A stretch of DNA of 64,000 nt from Phyllobates terribilis (taxonomy: Eukaryota), in NCBI RefSeq assembly GCF_046119375.1, contig NW_027362769.1:367288001-367352000 (forward strand), in the 5' to 3' direction. Shown here piece after piece: positions 42,272-57,050 of the stretch (the stretch's first letter is position 1; every line of letters starts with the position of its first letter). The notes under the pieces were generated by a model that did no database searches, had not been told where the DNA came from, and saw only the letters and a program-made list of their open reading frames with translations. Made by a program: the position numbers and the translations under genes.

Positions 42272-44291
42272 ATCTGTCCCGATCACTGCACAGAGTCCTA
42301 CTTCAATAAGATCATTCTAACTACTGTATCTGGGTTCTACCAGCGATACTCAATCTGCGGTTACAGGATGGCGGGAGAGGGGGTTAATCCCTGTCAGTGC
42401 TTCTATTTCGCTCCATCTACACAGGCAGGAGGCTCCTCATTCACCCACGTAATATTCTATCCGGATTCCCTGTAGTGTCTGCGCCGATCCTATAACAGAC
42501 TAAGACAAGCCACATATGATCTACCAGGAGTCTGATGTGGGGGAAGTCTCCACTTATGAAAATAAGTGTGAAGCGGGGATCAGCAGACACACGGCTACTA
42601 AGGAGTTAAATGGAGGAAATACTAGTTTTTCTCTGTCTAGTGGCCTTATGTGAACATGCATTTACATTTTGCATGCACATCAATTTACGTTTCAGTTCAG
42701 ACTCCCAGGTTTTTTCTTTGTAGTTTAGTGTGCTTCAGTGCATATAAGGGTGTGGCCGCCCTTTGTCTGAGCTGAAAGGTTCATTCTGCCTCTCAGGTCC
42801 ATGCTTCTACTAGGGTTCAGTCTCTCTGCCCTTATCCATATGTATGTCACTTGACAAATGGTAAGGTTTTAATATTAGAGTTAGGACTGTCGCATAAGGG
42901 TTGCCGTGACGTGCGGGATGGCTTTTACATTATTTTGATCAAAATTATGTTAACTAAATACCCTTTATTATTTATCATTATTTTTATGCACTTGAGATTT
43001 ATCGATTTAATTCCAGTTATTTGGGTATTTTGCTTGTCTTTGGTTTTTCTCTGTCTAGTGGCCTTATGTGAACATGCATTTACATTTTGCATGCACATCA
43101 ATTTACGTTTCAGTTCAGACTCCCAGGTTTTTTCTTTGTATGGGGTATTGGTCGGCGCTGGCTGAGGTCTCTCGTTCATTCTCTGATCACAGTTTTGAAT
43201 TTCCCCTCAATCGTTGTTCTAAATCCGTCGGATTATTACCGGCCCCTCTGCTTGTAGTGGAGATCGCAATCTGAGCAATCCGGTCTGGGGGCAGCTGTAC
43301 CCACTGGGAATACAGGGTCCTGCTCTCCGGATCCGCTTGTCACCCAAACACGGTGATCGCTCCCCTGATCGGCTGGTGGAGGATGAGCCGCCATCATTAT
43401 TCTGGTGAGGGTATTAACCTTCAGAGGCCGCCGTCAACCCCAGTATTTAGTTCCCAGAACACGGGCATCAAATAGGCGTCTACATACAAGGTACACAGGG
43501 CGTCCATCCATCCATCTGCCTCATACATCGATATTCACTGTGAATATTCGCTGCCATCTGTAACCCACACGGATCTGATCCGGAAATATGTAGCAGAATC
43601 AACTCATTCATTTCACGGCAGGACCTGGATCTAATGCTCTGTGGTAAACCCATCACAACGGGTATGGACTGTGTGCACAGAGGTACATATGTACGACCAC
43701 CCCTCCCCATACACCCGTGTGTAATATTTATGTTATAGATCAATGGGAAGAAACATCACCCGAAGTCAGTGGTGTCAGCTCCAGAGTGGAAAGACTGGGG
43801 GAGCAGACAAGACACCATCTCATCTGGTTGATGCGGCTTCAGTCTTTATACCCATTAACCCTCGCTGAACCCCGGGTCTTCTATCAGAATACTGCTCCCC
43901 TAATCCGGAAAACCTAGAGACCTAGTATCCAGAGGCAGTCTAGAGCAAGCGATCGTTACACAACACAGATCGTCCTATAGTCGCCAGTACTGACCACACA
44001 CTGTATGAAAAAAATCAGCCTCAAAGCGGGAATTTCAAATCTTACAACCAACCAATCATCAAGTCACAGAACCAACCGCCATACACATCACATGACATTA
44101 ACCGGAATCCCGGATCAGAGTTAACCCATTAGTGTTAGAATTACAGTCCATCGATCTAAACAACTGTTTACATTATCTAACACCTCAGTATGCGGAGCAT
44201 GAACCCTGCACTGATGAGAACCAGACACCCGAGCTTCCTACCAGCAAGAATACAGAGCACATGAGAGATCAGTGCCCAGCCCAAGAAATTG

Positions 44292-44408
44292 TAGCCTCTC
44301 ACTTAGAAGATGTGGTGGCTCTGAAAAGAGCCTTTGGGTTGTCAAGATGCTCCACCCTGGCAACACAAAGGCTCTTTTCAGAGCCACCCAAATCTAAGTG
44401 AGAGGCTA
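44292..44408. other. Two orphan histone stem-loops back-to-back (44317-44332 minus, 44370-44385 plus) forming an imperfect palindrome
   Basis: Both have canonical GGCTCTTTTCAGAGCC-ACC plus H4-type downstream CTAAGTGAGAGGCTA. No histone CDS lies between them. Confidence 0.9.
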
Positions 44409-45680
44409 GTTTCCTGTTGTGCTGGGGGTGATCTGCGCTCTGCTGATTTCTCCTCTTGCTGGTAGATCGCTCTGGTATCAAGTTTCGTGCTCCACATACT
44501 GGGGAGTCGGAAACGTTAATAATTGCGCAGAGCTGTGGACTGTATGTCCTGATTAGCACCAGGCTCAGTGTATATGCAGAGTACGAGATCCTTTGTGCGG
44601 CTGCCTGTAATATTGGTAGCTGTTACAGCCTGGGACGTGTCTGTTATACACTCCTGACATGTACTGGTGTGTCTGCTCCGCAGTCTTTCACTTCTGGAGC
44701 TGACACCGCTGACTTTGGGTGATGTGATGTGTCTTCTTATGGATCTATAACATAAATATTACACACAGTGGATGCGGGGGAGTGGTGATACATATAGCTC
44801 TGTGCACACAGCTCATACCCTGCTGTGATGCGGTTATTACAGAACAGAAATCCAAGTCTTGCCATGAGATGAATGTGTTGATTCTGCTACATGATATTTT
44901 TTTCAGATCAGTGTAGGACGCAGGGGCAGCGAATATTCACTGCATGAGGCAGCTGGATAGATGGCCGCCCTGTGTACCCGGTATGTAGACTCCTATGTGA
45001 TGACCGCGGATCTGTTTAGCCAATGACTAGGAACCAGATATAAGGGTTTCCTCCTCCGTTTAACTCCTTAGTGGCCGTGTGACTGCTGATCACACACATG
45101 CTTTACACAAGCGGCTCCTTCCCCCACTCCAGACCCGCAGCGCTCACATCAGGCTCCTGGTAGAACCTCAGAGACTTGTCTTAGTCTGTGGAGTGATCGG
45201 CGCCGACACCACAGGGAATCCGCAAAGAATACGTGGGTGAGTGAGGAGCCTCCTGCACGTGTAGATGGAGCGGAGAAGCATCAGATCACTGCTGAATATA
45301 CAGATAACGGCATTGATTGGAATTAACCCCCTCTCCCCCTACATGAGGATTGTGTGGAGCTCAGAAAACCCAGGCAAAAATAATCGTCCAATTTATAGGT
45401 TTATTGGAATAAAAATGACTGGACTCCATGCTTAATCTTCCCCTATGCAAATATTTACCAATCATCCCTTCTATAATGTGCTGAATATACTAGATCACTG
45501 CCCAGCCAGGTAAAAGTAATCGCTGCACCATCACCACACCAGTAACATGTAGCAGGATCGACCTGTGCATTTAATGCTTCTACTCTATAGTAAACAATGT
45601 ATCGTGTAGTTCTATCTGACGCTGCAGGCGATGGTTCTCTTATCCACCAGCGGTGCCGGCTCTGATGAGGAGGATGTGGT

Positions 45681-45696
45681 GGCTCTTAGAAGAGCC
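45681..45696 (-). promoter_or_regulatory. Histone 3' stem-loop of H2A copy 2
   Basis: GGCTCTTCTAAGAGCC on the minus strand. Confidence 0.95.
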
Positions 45697-45730
45697 TTTG
45701 GTTGTTCGAACAGATGTGGAGGAGCGGCGC

Positions 45731-46836
<1,106 letters not shown>

Positions 46837-46869
46837 NNNNNTCCGTCTGCTGCTCGCCATCACCCCAAA

Positions 46870-46885
46870 GGCTCTTCTAAGAGCC
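46870..46885 (+). promoter_or_regulatory. Histone 3' stem-loop of H2B
   Basis: CAAA-GGCTCTTCTAAGAGCC-ACCACC. Confidence 0.95.
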
Positions 46886-46891
46886 ACCACC

Positions 46892-47271
46892 CCGTCTACA
46901 TCAGAGCTGTGGCTGCTCCTGTGTCCTCTCCCGTCTACATCAGAGCGGTGGCTGCTCCTGTGTCCTCTCCCGTCTACATCAGAGCGGTGGCTGCTCCTGT
47001 GTCCTCTCCCGTCTACATCAGAGCGGTGGCTGCTCCTGTGTCCTCTCCCGTCTACATCAGAGCTGTGGCTGCTCCTGTGTCCTCTCCCGTCTACGTCAGA
47101 GCTGTGGCTGCTCCTGTGTCCTCTCCCGTCTACGTCAGAGCTGTGGCTGCTCCTGTGTCCTCTCCCGTCTACGTCAGAGCTGTGGCTGCTCCTGTGTCCT
47201 CTCCCGTCTACGTCAGAGCTGTGGCTGCTCCTGTGTCCTCTCCCGTCTCCAGAGCTGTGGCTGCTCCTGTG
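46892..47271 (+). repeat. 39-bp tandem array (~10 copies) immediately 3' of the H2B stem-loop; HDE-like AGAGCTGT/AGAGCGGT in each unit
   Basis: Unit CCGTCTACATCAGAGCTGTGGCTGCTCCTGTGTCCTCTC. Confidence 0.93.
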
Positions 47272-48104
47272 TTCTGTCTATTCACAGGGTAAATGGCAGG
47301 TGGCGCTAGTACAGCTGATTTAACCCTTTCTAGACTGATAGTGAAACCTATGAATGAGTTCCTTCACAGCTCTGATCCTTTCAGTAATCTTATGAGCGAG
47401 TCCTGTGTTCAGTGGCTTTTTACTCCACCCCTTGCTCCCCAGATCTGATATTCCGGGGTCTCCTCCATCCGGTATAACCTGATTCGGTTAGTTCTTGTTT
47501 CTCCGAATAACATGAGATATTTGTGTAGAATTTATCTATAATTCCGGACACTTCTTTTCACAGAGGAAGAAATTACATCATTACATTTAGAAGTTGTGGA
47601 AACTGCAATGAGCGGGAAATTCATAATCCGCAGAGGAAGAGGAGGAGCTAATGTTACCAATGGGTGAATTCCCGCTCAGTGCTTGATGGATTTTCTGTTC
47701 TTTGTCATCATATAACACGTGGTCCTATGTCGGGCCGATATCGGGAACACCTGCATGTGTGCAGCGATTATTCCTCGTTTACATCACATACAGGAGTCTG
47801 TAGAGTTTCGGGATTAGGGCAGCAGATCTTTTTCTTCAGTACATTGCATCACAATCACTATTGTGGAGGACTATATACTGATCGGGGATTTATCCTACAA
47901 GAAACATTTCTAGAAAGATCAATTCTACTTTCCCATGCAGATCTCATTATGTCTCCCCGATCATCTCCTCAGCAGTTTTCCAGTAATCCATTTACAGATC
48001 AATTCTACAGCTAAAGGCAGATTTGTGACAGGACTCGTACGATTGTGGATTGCAGATTGCTGAGAGTTCATTGCTCAAAACATTACACTCTGCTGTCAGG
48101 AGCC

Positions 48105-48608
48105 TATAGGTCAGGCATGCAGTATAGGTCAGGCATGCAGTATAGGTCAGGCATGCAGCATAGGTCAGGCATGCAGCATAGGTCAGGCATGCAGCATAGG
48201 TCAGGCATGCAGCATAGGTCAGGCATGCAGTATAGGTCAGGCATGCAGCATAGGTCAGGCATGCAGTATAGGTCAGGCATGCAGCATAGGTCAGGCATGC
48301 AGCATAGGTCAGGCATGCAGTATAGGTCAGGCATGCAGTATAGGTCAGGCATGCAGTATAGGTCAGGCATGCAGCATAGGTCAGGCATGCAGTATAGGTC
48401 AGGCATGCAGTATAGGTCAGGCATGCAGCATAGGTCAGGCATGCAGCATAGGTCAGGCATGCAGTATAGGTCAGGCATGCAGTATAGGTCAGGCATGCAG
48501 TATAGGTCAGGCATGCAGTATAGGTCAGGCATGCAGTATAGGTCAGGCATGCAGTATAGGTCAGGCATGCAGCATAGGTCAGGCATGCAGTATAGGTCAG
48601 GCATGCAG
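48105..48608. repeat. 18-bp minisatellite (TATAGGTCAGGCATGCAG / CATAGG variant, ~28 copies)
   Basis: Direct 18-bp period. Confidence 0.95.
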
Positions 48609-48699
48609 TTAGATCCTCAGTCATCACATCCTCCTCAGGAGATTCTTTCCTGCTCAGGTACTGATCGCTCTTCTGCTCTTCCTCTTGTCCTCTCCCTCT

Positions 48700-48900
48700 T
48701 TATCCACTGACACTGAACATGGGCCCCGTCTCCTCCCAACAGAGTGAAGCTCCGCACTCCAGTTGTGCTTCTCTGCCCGGATAATGTCTGTCGTACAGAA
48801 AGCGGATTGTACGATGTGGAGACGATCTGCAGCTGCTGAGAGCCCAGAAGGGTAACACAGGTGATGGCCTCCCTGACCTGTAATATAAGTACACCCCACT
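48700..48900 (-). pseudogene. Decayed copy of the H1 promoter/upstream region with no H1 gene
   Basis: ctgacactgaacatgggccccg and gagtgaagctccgc...ttgtgcttc match 32740-32820. gtacag.aagcggattgtacgatgtgg...cccagaagggtaacacagg matches 33085-33150. Confidence 0.7.
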
Positions 48901-48999
48901 ATTGTGCAAAAGGTGAACTACTGAGAGAAGACACAAAATGAAGCGTCTACACACAGAGCACAGCTGTATATAGTGCACAGACTACACAACAATTATATA

Positions 49000-49415
49000 C
49001 ACTGTGTTCCAAATTATTATGCAAATAATATTTTCTCAGATTTTCCCAAATTACCTATATGAATTGCAGTCATTGTAATTTTCCAGTCAAATAACTATTA
49101 GAGTACGATTGAAAGGTTTTTGTACAAACTGCCTATGATAACAGTATATTTTAAAAAAAAATAAAAAACTCAAACTGCACTCAAAATGCATGTTCCAAAT
49201 TATTATGCACAGCAGAGTTTTCAACCTTTTCATTTTAATAAAGAACAAAAAAAATGGTCATTTTTGAAATTATAAGCATTAGCAGGTTATTACAAACTGA
49301 AATCAAACAGTTTTCAACTCAAAACTTTATTCTAGGTGATGTTACATTTGCACATAGGACCCCTTGTTCGAAAGGAGCTTCTGAACTCTCTCGTCCATTG
49401 CATTTGTCAGGTTTT
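49000..49415 (+). mobile_element. Tc1-like element left end (IR/DR type), truncated
   Basis: TA|CACTGTGTTCCAAATTATTATGCA with inner direct repeat TGTTCCAAATTATTATGCA at 49191. Confidence 0.7.
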
Positions 49416-49419
49416 GACA

Positions 49420-49581
49420 AATGCAAATTTAAACACCGCCTTGCTGAGTGGTCGCGGTCGGCGGTCGCGACCAATCAGTGATTTTGGCTCCAAATTTAAA
49501 CAACGCTCTGCTGATTGCGCTCGGCTTGACCGCATATATATACTAGAATACCCGATACGTTAGAATCGGGCCACCATCTAC
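49420..49581 (+). mobile_element. Possible Helitron 3' terminus
   Basis: Hairpin CCCGAT-acgttaga-ATCGGG (49551-49570) followed 7 nt later by CTAC (CTAG-like). Confidence 0.45.
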
Positions 49582-49589
49582 TAATATTT

Positions 49590-51940
49590 ATACTTGTGGA
49601 TTTGCTGCGGTTCCATTAAAGTCAATGGGCGGGAAACGCTGCAGAAACGCACATAGAGTGGTACCCGGATTGGCTGGGGAGGGCGACTACTCCCATCATC
49701 CGACCACCAGTCCCGCTGATAATAGCGAGAGCGGCGCGGCTGAGGGGATCAGCAGTGTTCTCAGCCGAGTCGGGGCTGCGCGCTGTGTAAGAAAAAATAA
49801 AAAATCACTATCTTCACCTGTCTGACAGCTCCCGATGTCCTCCTGGTCCTTACAATGTCCCCGGTGACGTGTTCAGCCCGGAGGCCGGCGGTACACTGCT
49901 GGGAGAGTGCTCGCTTCCAGCAGTGTACTTTGCTGCGCCGCCAGGACCTGAGGTCACATGAGCTCTCAGCTGAAGATCAGGGTTTCGGGGACTGAGCATA
50001 TAATAAAAAAAATATTAAAACCGTGGGTATTTTTATTTCATTAAAATACTTTATTCTGGCCTTGTCTTTTATTTAATTTAAAAAGCAGTGAAAACTTTTT
50101 TTTATTTTACAAAGCGGTGAAAACTTTACTACACGGTTAGTAATGGGGGCGTCTTATAGACGCCCTCCATTACTAACCTGAGCTTCACGTCAGCCGCCAA
50201 TACAAGGCTGACATGAACCCAGACCCCATTACCACACTCGCCACTGCTACAGGGCAGTGAGAAAAGCGGGTGCGCCATTTCTGGGACTGCTGAGGGGTGA
50301 TATTATTAGCCGCGGAGGGGACAGGATCCATGGCCCCTTCCTTGGCTATTAATATCAGCATGCAGCTGTCTGTATAGACTCTTCTGGTTAGAATTAATAG
50401 GGGGACCCTATGTCAATTTTTTTCTGGGATCCCACTGTAATCTAGCCAGTAAAGGCTAAGCAAACAGCTATAGGTTGTTATTAATAGCCAGGGAACATTG
50501 TTGGGCTAATGGCCCCTTCCCAAGCTACTAATATCAGCCTCCAGCGGCCGGCTTTCCCTTTGCTGGTTATAAAAATGACTCAGGAGCCCATGCCATAATT
50601 TTTTAAAAATTTTAGGCTCTGTGCCCATGATTCAGACTTTGCAGGGCTTTAGACACATATTCTTCCAAAACGTTGCATTCTTTTGAACGCAGGTAAATCC
50701 ACATGTGTTCACTAAAATATGCGGATTTACCACATTTAATGCATTCTAGAGGTCACATTTCGGTTACGGAGACTAGCGTCTCTGCAAGAGAATTTGACAT
50801 GCTGCGGTCCTGAAAGACGCGCCACATGACAATGTCCACGGGTGATACGCACACTCAGATGCATGCATAGTGGACATGGGATTTCTAGAAATCCCATCCA
50901 CTATCCTGTAACATCTCAACGCTGCAGGTTTCATCCTTTAAAAACACGCAGCGTCAAACCTGCAGCGGCTCCTGATCGTGGCCATATCCCCAAACTCACC
51001 CGCAGCATGTCAATTTCTGTAGCTAGTTTCTGCTGCAGATTTTAACCGATTGAAGTTTCATTTTATGCGGTGGATTCACATGTACCGACAACAAAAGTGC
51101 GGCAATAGAACACCGTGTTTTTGAGACAGAAAAAATATGCTACGTCATAGGCTAATGAAACAACTGTGAGCTGTTATTATAGTCAGGGAACATGTTTGAC
51201 TAATGGCACCTTCCTAGGCTAAAAGTAGCAGCTTTCAGCTGCCCCAGAAATTACATGAATGGGAGTGCTGATGAAAATTGGGTGAATTGGATTAGCTGAC
51301 ACCTAGCTCTTTTGTTTCGTGATGACACAATGTCAATCAGACCCTTTCATTACCAAACCTAAATAAAATAAAGAATTAAATAAACACACAGACACAGAGT
51401 AAACACTTTATTTGAAATACAACAGACACATTATTTTAAGGGATTCTGTCACCCCCTGGGAGATATCAGACCTCTACTATGGGCATACAAGTTAAAGAAA
51501 ATCTATACATACCTGTATGGCCCATAGTAGAGGTTTGATTTCAGAGAAAAGTGCTTTCATCTACTTTGTTTTCCACAGGATTGGTGTCCCCCGGAAACCA
51601 ATAAATCCCCATCTGTTTATTGTTCCCCAAAATATCCGCCTATATGCTTAGTTACCATATTATCCCACTGCCCTGCACGTCACAGGGACCTGTGATGAGC
51701 TCTGTTCTACCTCACTACTCGGGCATGCGCAAAATGCCGCTCACATAAGGCGCGCTTTGCTTCATCCTGGCCCCGTCTCGCCGTGCACTGTACCGCAGGG
51801 TTCCATTGTGCAGGCGTCGGGAATTGACAGTTACTGCATACGCAATAACAGTAAAGGAGACCCACTTTTTAATAATGGGAACAACAAAGCATAGCCGGTT
51901 GATGGCCCTCTAACAATAGTGAGGGCCGACTGTTGATCCT
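49590..51940. mobile_element. Mosaic of non-autonomous DNA-transposon fragments (Harbinger-like gctgcgg-rich pieces; Kolobok/T2-like TTAA|GGGATTCTGTCA at ~51437)
   Basis: Motif similarity to the 13974-14904 interior, and a local inverted repeat at 51470-51540. Boundaries uncertain. Confidence 0.4.
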
Positions 51941-52159
51941 TTAAGGGCCGCTGCAGAGGACTCATAGCTTGGTCCTCGTACATGTTACTCCTGTTATAGC
52001 GCAATGGTTGCTTTACTCATGCTGGACAGTGATATAGTCTATACTGAAGAGTATAAGGGACAACGGGGAAGGGTGAACATTAGGTCCTTGCCCGTGAGAA
52101 GCCAGTTTTTCATACATACAATGCGGCTGCTAATAAGGTAAGTCATACAATTGACAGCC

Positions 52160-52234
52160 TTCCTCACTAAACTGTTTACAAACTTGCACAAAGACAACTT
52201 GCTGGACCTCCGGATCTGTGGGAAAAGAGCTTAG
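52160..52234 (+). pseudogene. H3: Highly decayed H3 3' end
   Basis: caaagacaacttgctggacctccggatctgtgggaaaagagcttag aligns with H3 caaagacatccagctggcccgccggatccgtggggagagagcttag. Confidence 0.65.
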
Positions 52235-52243
52235 ATCTGCCCC

Positions 52244-53254
52244 TGACTTGCCCCCTGAGCCGTGGGGCACCCGGAACCGGGGTTTAGTGCGATGATGGGG
52301 GTAGTAGTGGCAACCCCATCCCGTGGCTCAGGGTGGTCAGACCAAATGCTGTGGCAGTCTATTTGTAGAGTTATGAATGTCCGACTACGCCACCCGTGGG
52401 TTGCGGTCAGGGATGACCGCCACTGCAAGGCAGACCGCTGATGCTGGTGTGCAGCACAGGGATAGGATAACTCCCAACGGGAAGAGTGTAGCCTCAGGGA
52501 AGCGTATGTGAATGCTGGTGGTGATAGTGCAGGCCGCAATAATAAGAGTTCAGAATCCGCTTCAAACAGTCCAGGGTCTTTATTGTAGGTATTACTAATG
52601 ACCCGACAGGAGTACCGGGTAGGAATGGGCCTGGGTGTCTGAGAGCATTCGGGCGAGCCCCACTGGTCAGGGTGAGTGTGAAGGCCTACCGTTCTCACTC
52701 TGCCCTTGCTGACTATCCCCCTTTTCGTGGTGTAATAGCCCACGTCCCTGAGCTGGCCATGTACTTCGCCTGTATGGCTTGCCACTCGGGCCTTGGGTAC
52801 CTTTTGCTTCCTCGTGCTGTACCGTTTCCCTCTGTGTGGCGGAGCCTCCATGCTTCTTTGGCCAAGGGACCTGAAATCCCTCGCGGGTTGGTTCTCTGCT
52901 GCTGGGCTTGCAACCCTGACAGCCTCGGACCCCAATGTCCGTTGGTGTAGTTCTCTCATCCAGAACCGGCTCTCGTCGCCTCTGTCCCTGGCTCGCAGCT
53001 TCTCCTCTGCCTCACGGACTCCTTGGCTACAGCTGAACTGTCCCTCCTTCTCTGGGACTAGTCTCAGTCCTGAGCTAGGTCGTCCAGTTCTCTCTAACCC
53101 TGCCCTCAGTTCCAGCTTTTATAAGGGCAGCCAGCTCCACCTACTGGCCTGGGACAGGAGGTGCTGTATGCTAATTGTCCCTGACCAGGGAACCTAACTC
53201 CTGCTCTCAGACACAGCCTATAATATTTGTGGCATCCAGGCCTGGGGTGACACA
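52244..53254 (-). mobile_element. Solo LTR C (same clade)
   Basis: TG...CA termini. TSD CCCC (52240-52243, 53255-53258). Shares the gactacgccacccg...gccgc.ctgcaa block with LTR A/D. Confidence 0.8.
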
Positions 53255-54260
53255 CCCCGATCACCTGAGGATAACAAGGTCCTAATTCTAGAAGAGCGAA
53301 CTTTTAAAAATCTGACTTATTTTGGTAGTGGGTTCTATGAGCGCCATTCAATCCTCAAGTAGGGGATGGCGGGAGAGGGGTTAATTCCATTCAGTGCCGT
53401 TATCTGTATATTCAGCAGTGATCTGATGCTTCTACTCCGCTCCATCTACACATCCAGGAGGCTCCTCATTCACCCACTAATCTACATTGATACCCTGTGG
53501 TGTTCGCTCCGATCCAACTGAGGAGAAGTCTCACAGGTTCTACAAGGAGCCTGATGTGAGCGTCGTGGGGTCTGGGGAAGACCCCGCTTCTGTAAAGCAT
53601 GTGTAAGTGCGGAGTGGGGATCAACAAAACACACGGCTACTAGAGTTAAACAGTGGCAGAAATACTTGTATCCGGTATTGATCGGCGCCTGAGGATGTCT
53701 GTCTGTCATTGGCTGATCACAGATCCGTTGGCTGTTTTTAATTTCCCGCTCAATCGTTCTTTGTCTTTTGTCATATTACCGGCTCCTCTGCTTGTAGGGA
53801 GAACGCTATCTGGTCTGGGGGAAGCTCTACCCCACTGTACGGCGCAGAGCCGCTTACCCCAATCACAGTGATCGTAGAGAGAAGGGTGGGCCTCAATTAT
53901 TAATTATTTTCGGGTTAACAATCTTCACCATCATTCAAGGTTTTCTCCAAGCAGCACTCGGAACATCGCTATTGATGGGAGCAGGAATGTACCTTGTATT
54001 ACAGAAAGCGGATACTGCTTCCATAACTCGGGAGATCTACAGATTCCTGTATTGGACGTAATCGGTGATTGACTAGAAATCATTCCAACCACAAGAAACT
54101 ATTAACCCTTCAGTGCCAGTATTCTCGGAGCTCCTTGTGAACAATGACTGAGTATTTTAATTCCTATTAAACAGTGTATAAATCTCGCACTGACATTCAC
54201 AGAAGCACAGGGATTATTACTCGCCAGCAGGAGATTGTAGCCTCACTTAGAAGATGTGGT

Positions 54261-54276
54261 GGCTCTGAAAAGAGCC
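54261..54276 (-). promoter_or_regulatory. Histone 3' stem-loop of H4 copy 2
   Basis: GGCTCTTTTCAGAGCC on the minus strand. Confidence 0.95.
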
Positions 54277-54308
54277 TTTGGGTTGTCAGGATGGAGCAGA
54301 GAATACAA

Positions 54309-54827
<519 letters not shown>

Positions 54828-56256
54828 CTATAACGGCACTGACAGTGATTAACCCCCACTTCCATCATACCAGCATATTCGTAACATGCTATTCACTAAT
54901 GTCCAGGAAGGGTCATTTCCGCACCTTACTACTCCCCTCATCATCCCGTGCATTCTGTACAATCTACATGTGACATTCTGGCTGCTCCCGGTGACTAATC
55001 TATAGGATCCTGACTGAGCTCTGACATTTCTAAGATGGGCTTGTCACTTCTGATAGAATTGCTCTTGGGGTGCGGTGATTTGAGGAGGATTGTGGCAGCC
55101 AGGATTATTGCCTCTTCTAAGGACAGTGCAGGGAGGAAGCCGCGGTCAGCAGCACTGCTCAGATACTTAATATTTTGCCACCACTGGGATTTTCCGCTCA
55201 TCAGAAATGACAATATTTACTTTCTCCTAATAACACTTGTATTGTAATTGTCAGAGATCATAAAACTCAGATATCACTTGTTTCTTCATATGAAGATTTG
55301 CATTTAGAGAACATTTGTTATTTTCATGTAGAAGATAATGACAACAGCTCAGGTCAAATAAAAAAGGAACCGTATAAATAACAAAATCACTGAGCAGCTG
55401 ATTGATTCTCATTCCAGTGGTCCCATATCCAATGGAGAATACACTGTGATCTGGAAGGTGATTACATGAATGTGGTCAGTGGAGTTTTATCTATAGACCG
55501 GACAATTCTCTTCACAGCAGAAGTAGTAACACAATTACATGTAGAAGCTGCGGAAACTACAAGGAGCGGGAAATTCAAACTCCCTAACGTCCTGTGTTCA
55601 GCCAATCAGCAGAGGAAGGGGAGGAGCTAATGTTAATAGTTACCGAATATGAAGTTCCCGCTCAGGGGCTGATGGCTTTTTCTGTCCTTCTGGATCACGT
55701 AGTTTCAGGACTGTCGGATATCAGGAAATTTGCTTGTGTTGAGCGATCAATGGTCTCTTGGTTCCATACAGGAATTTCTATCATTTTCCAGGATCCAGGG
55801 AACAGTATCCGCTTTCTATAAACACAAAGTGCAGAACTGATTCTAACAATGGTGACTCCATCACACCAGCAATATGCCGGGAATATAAAGAAACGAGATA
55901 CTGCAGTTTACAGAGAACTTTGAAAGAAGGAGGTGGGGATTTTATAAAATGTAGGTTAATATTATCTAGATAAACCTACTACAGAGCCGCAGAGGATATT
56001 AGTCTCTTAATCCTGATGCGTTTTCAGGATCAGACCCGTGCGGCTGATAGGAGTCAGCGAGTGTTCACAGGAGATAGCGCTGGATAATGGACGTCCTATA
56101 ATGATCGCATCATATACACCAAGAAATCTGCGCATGCTTTCTAGATTCTTTCACAACACAGTCCAGACTCCAAATAGATTATATAAAGCTGACATTCAAT
56201 AATCAGGGTAGAGAAGCAGATGTGAGGGATTAGCTCGTTATTATGGAGGATTTGGT

Positions 56257-56272
56257 GGCTCTGAAAAGAGCC
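56257..56272 (-). promoter_or_regulatory. Histone 3' stem-loop of H3 copy 2
   Basis: GGCTCTTTTCAGAGCC on the minus strand. Confidence 0.95.
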
Positions 56273-56303
56273 TTTGTGTTATAGTCAGACGTGTAGGACG
56301 GAT

Positions 56304-56810
<507 letters not shown>

Positions 56811-57050
56811 CTACAACTCTATTGGCTAGTTCATAAATTAACATGAGCCGCCAAAACACGTGTGATGTCTGCGACCAATCATTATTCACGAAATCAACCC
56901 AACACCCAGTAATCCCGCCCTCATAAAGAGGGGCAGGGTCTCTGTTCACACTCTTTTCTGGCTGCGGATACTGGCACAGGGTCACACCATGTCTACATGC
57001 GGCTTCTACAGCAAGAGCCGCCGTCGTCACTGTTCTTCTATGTCACCAGT

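Noticed and set aside
47992-48710. MQYRSG / ACLTY / MPDLC repeat proteins
   Set aside because: Translations of the 18-bp minisatellite.
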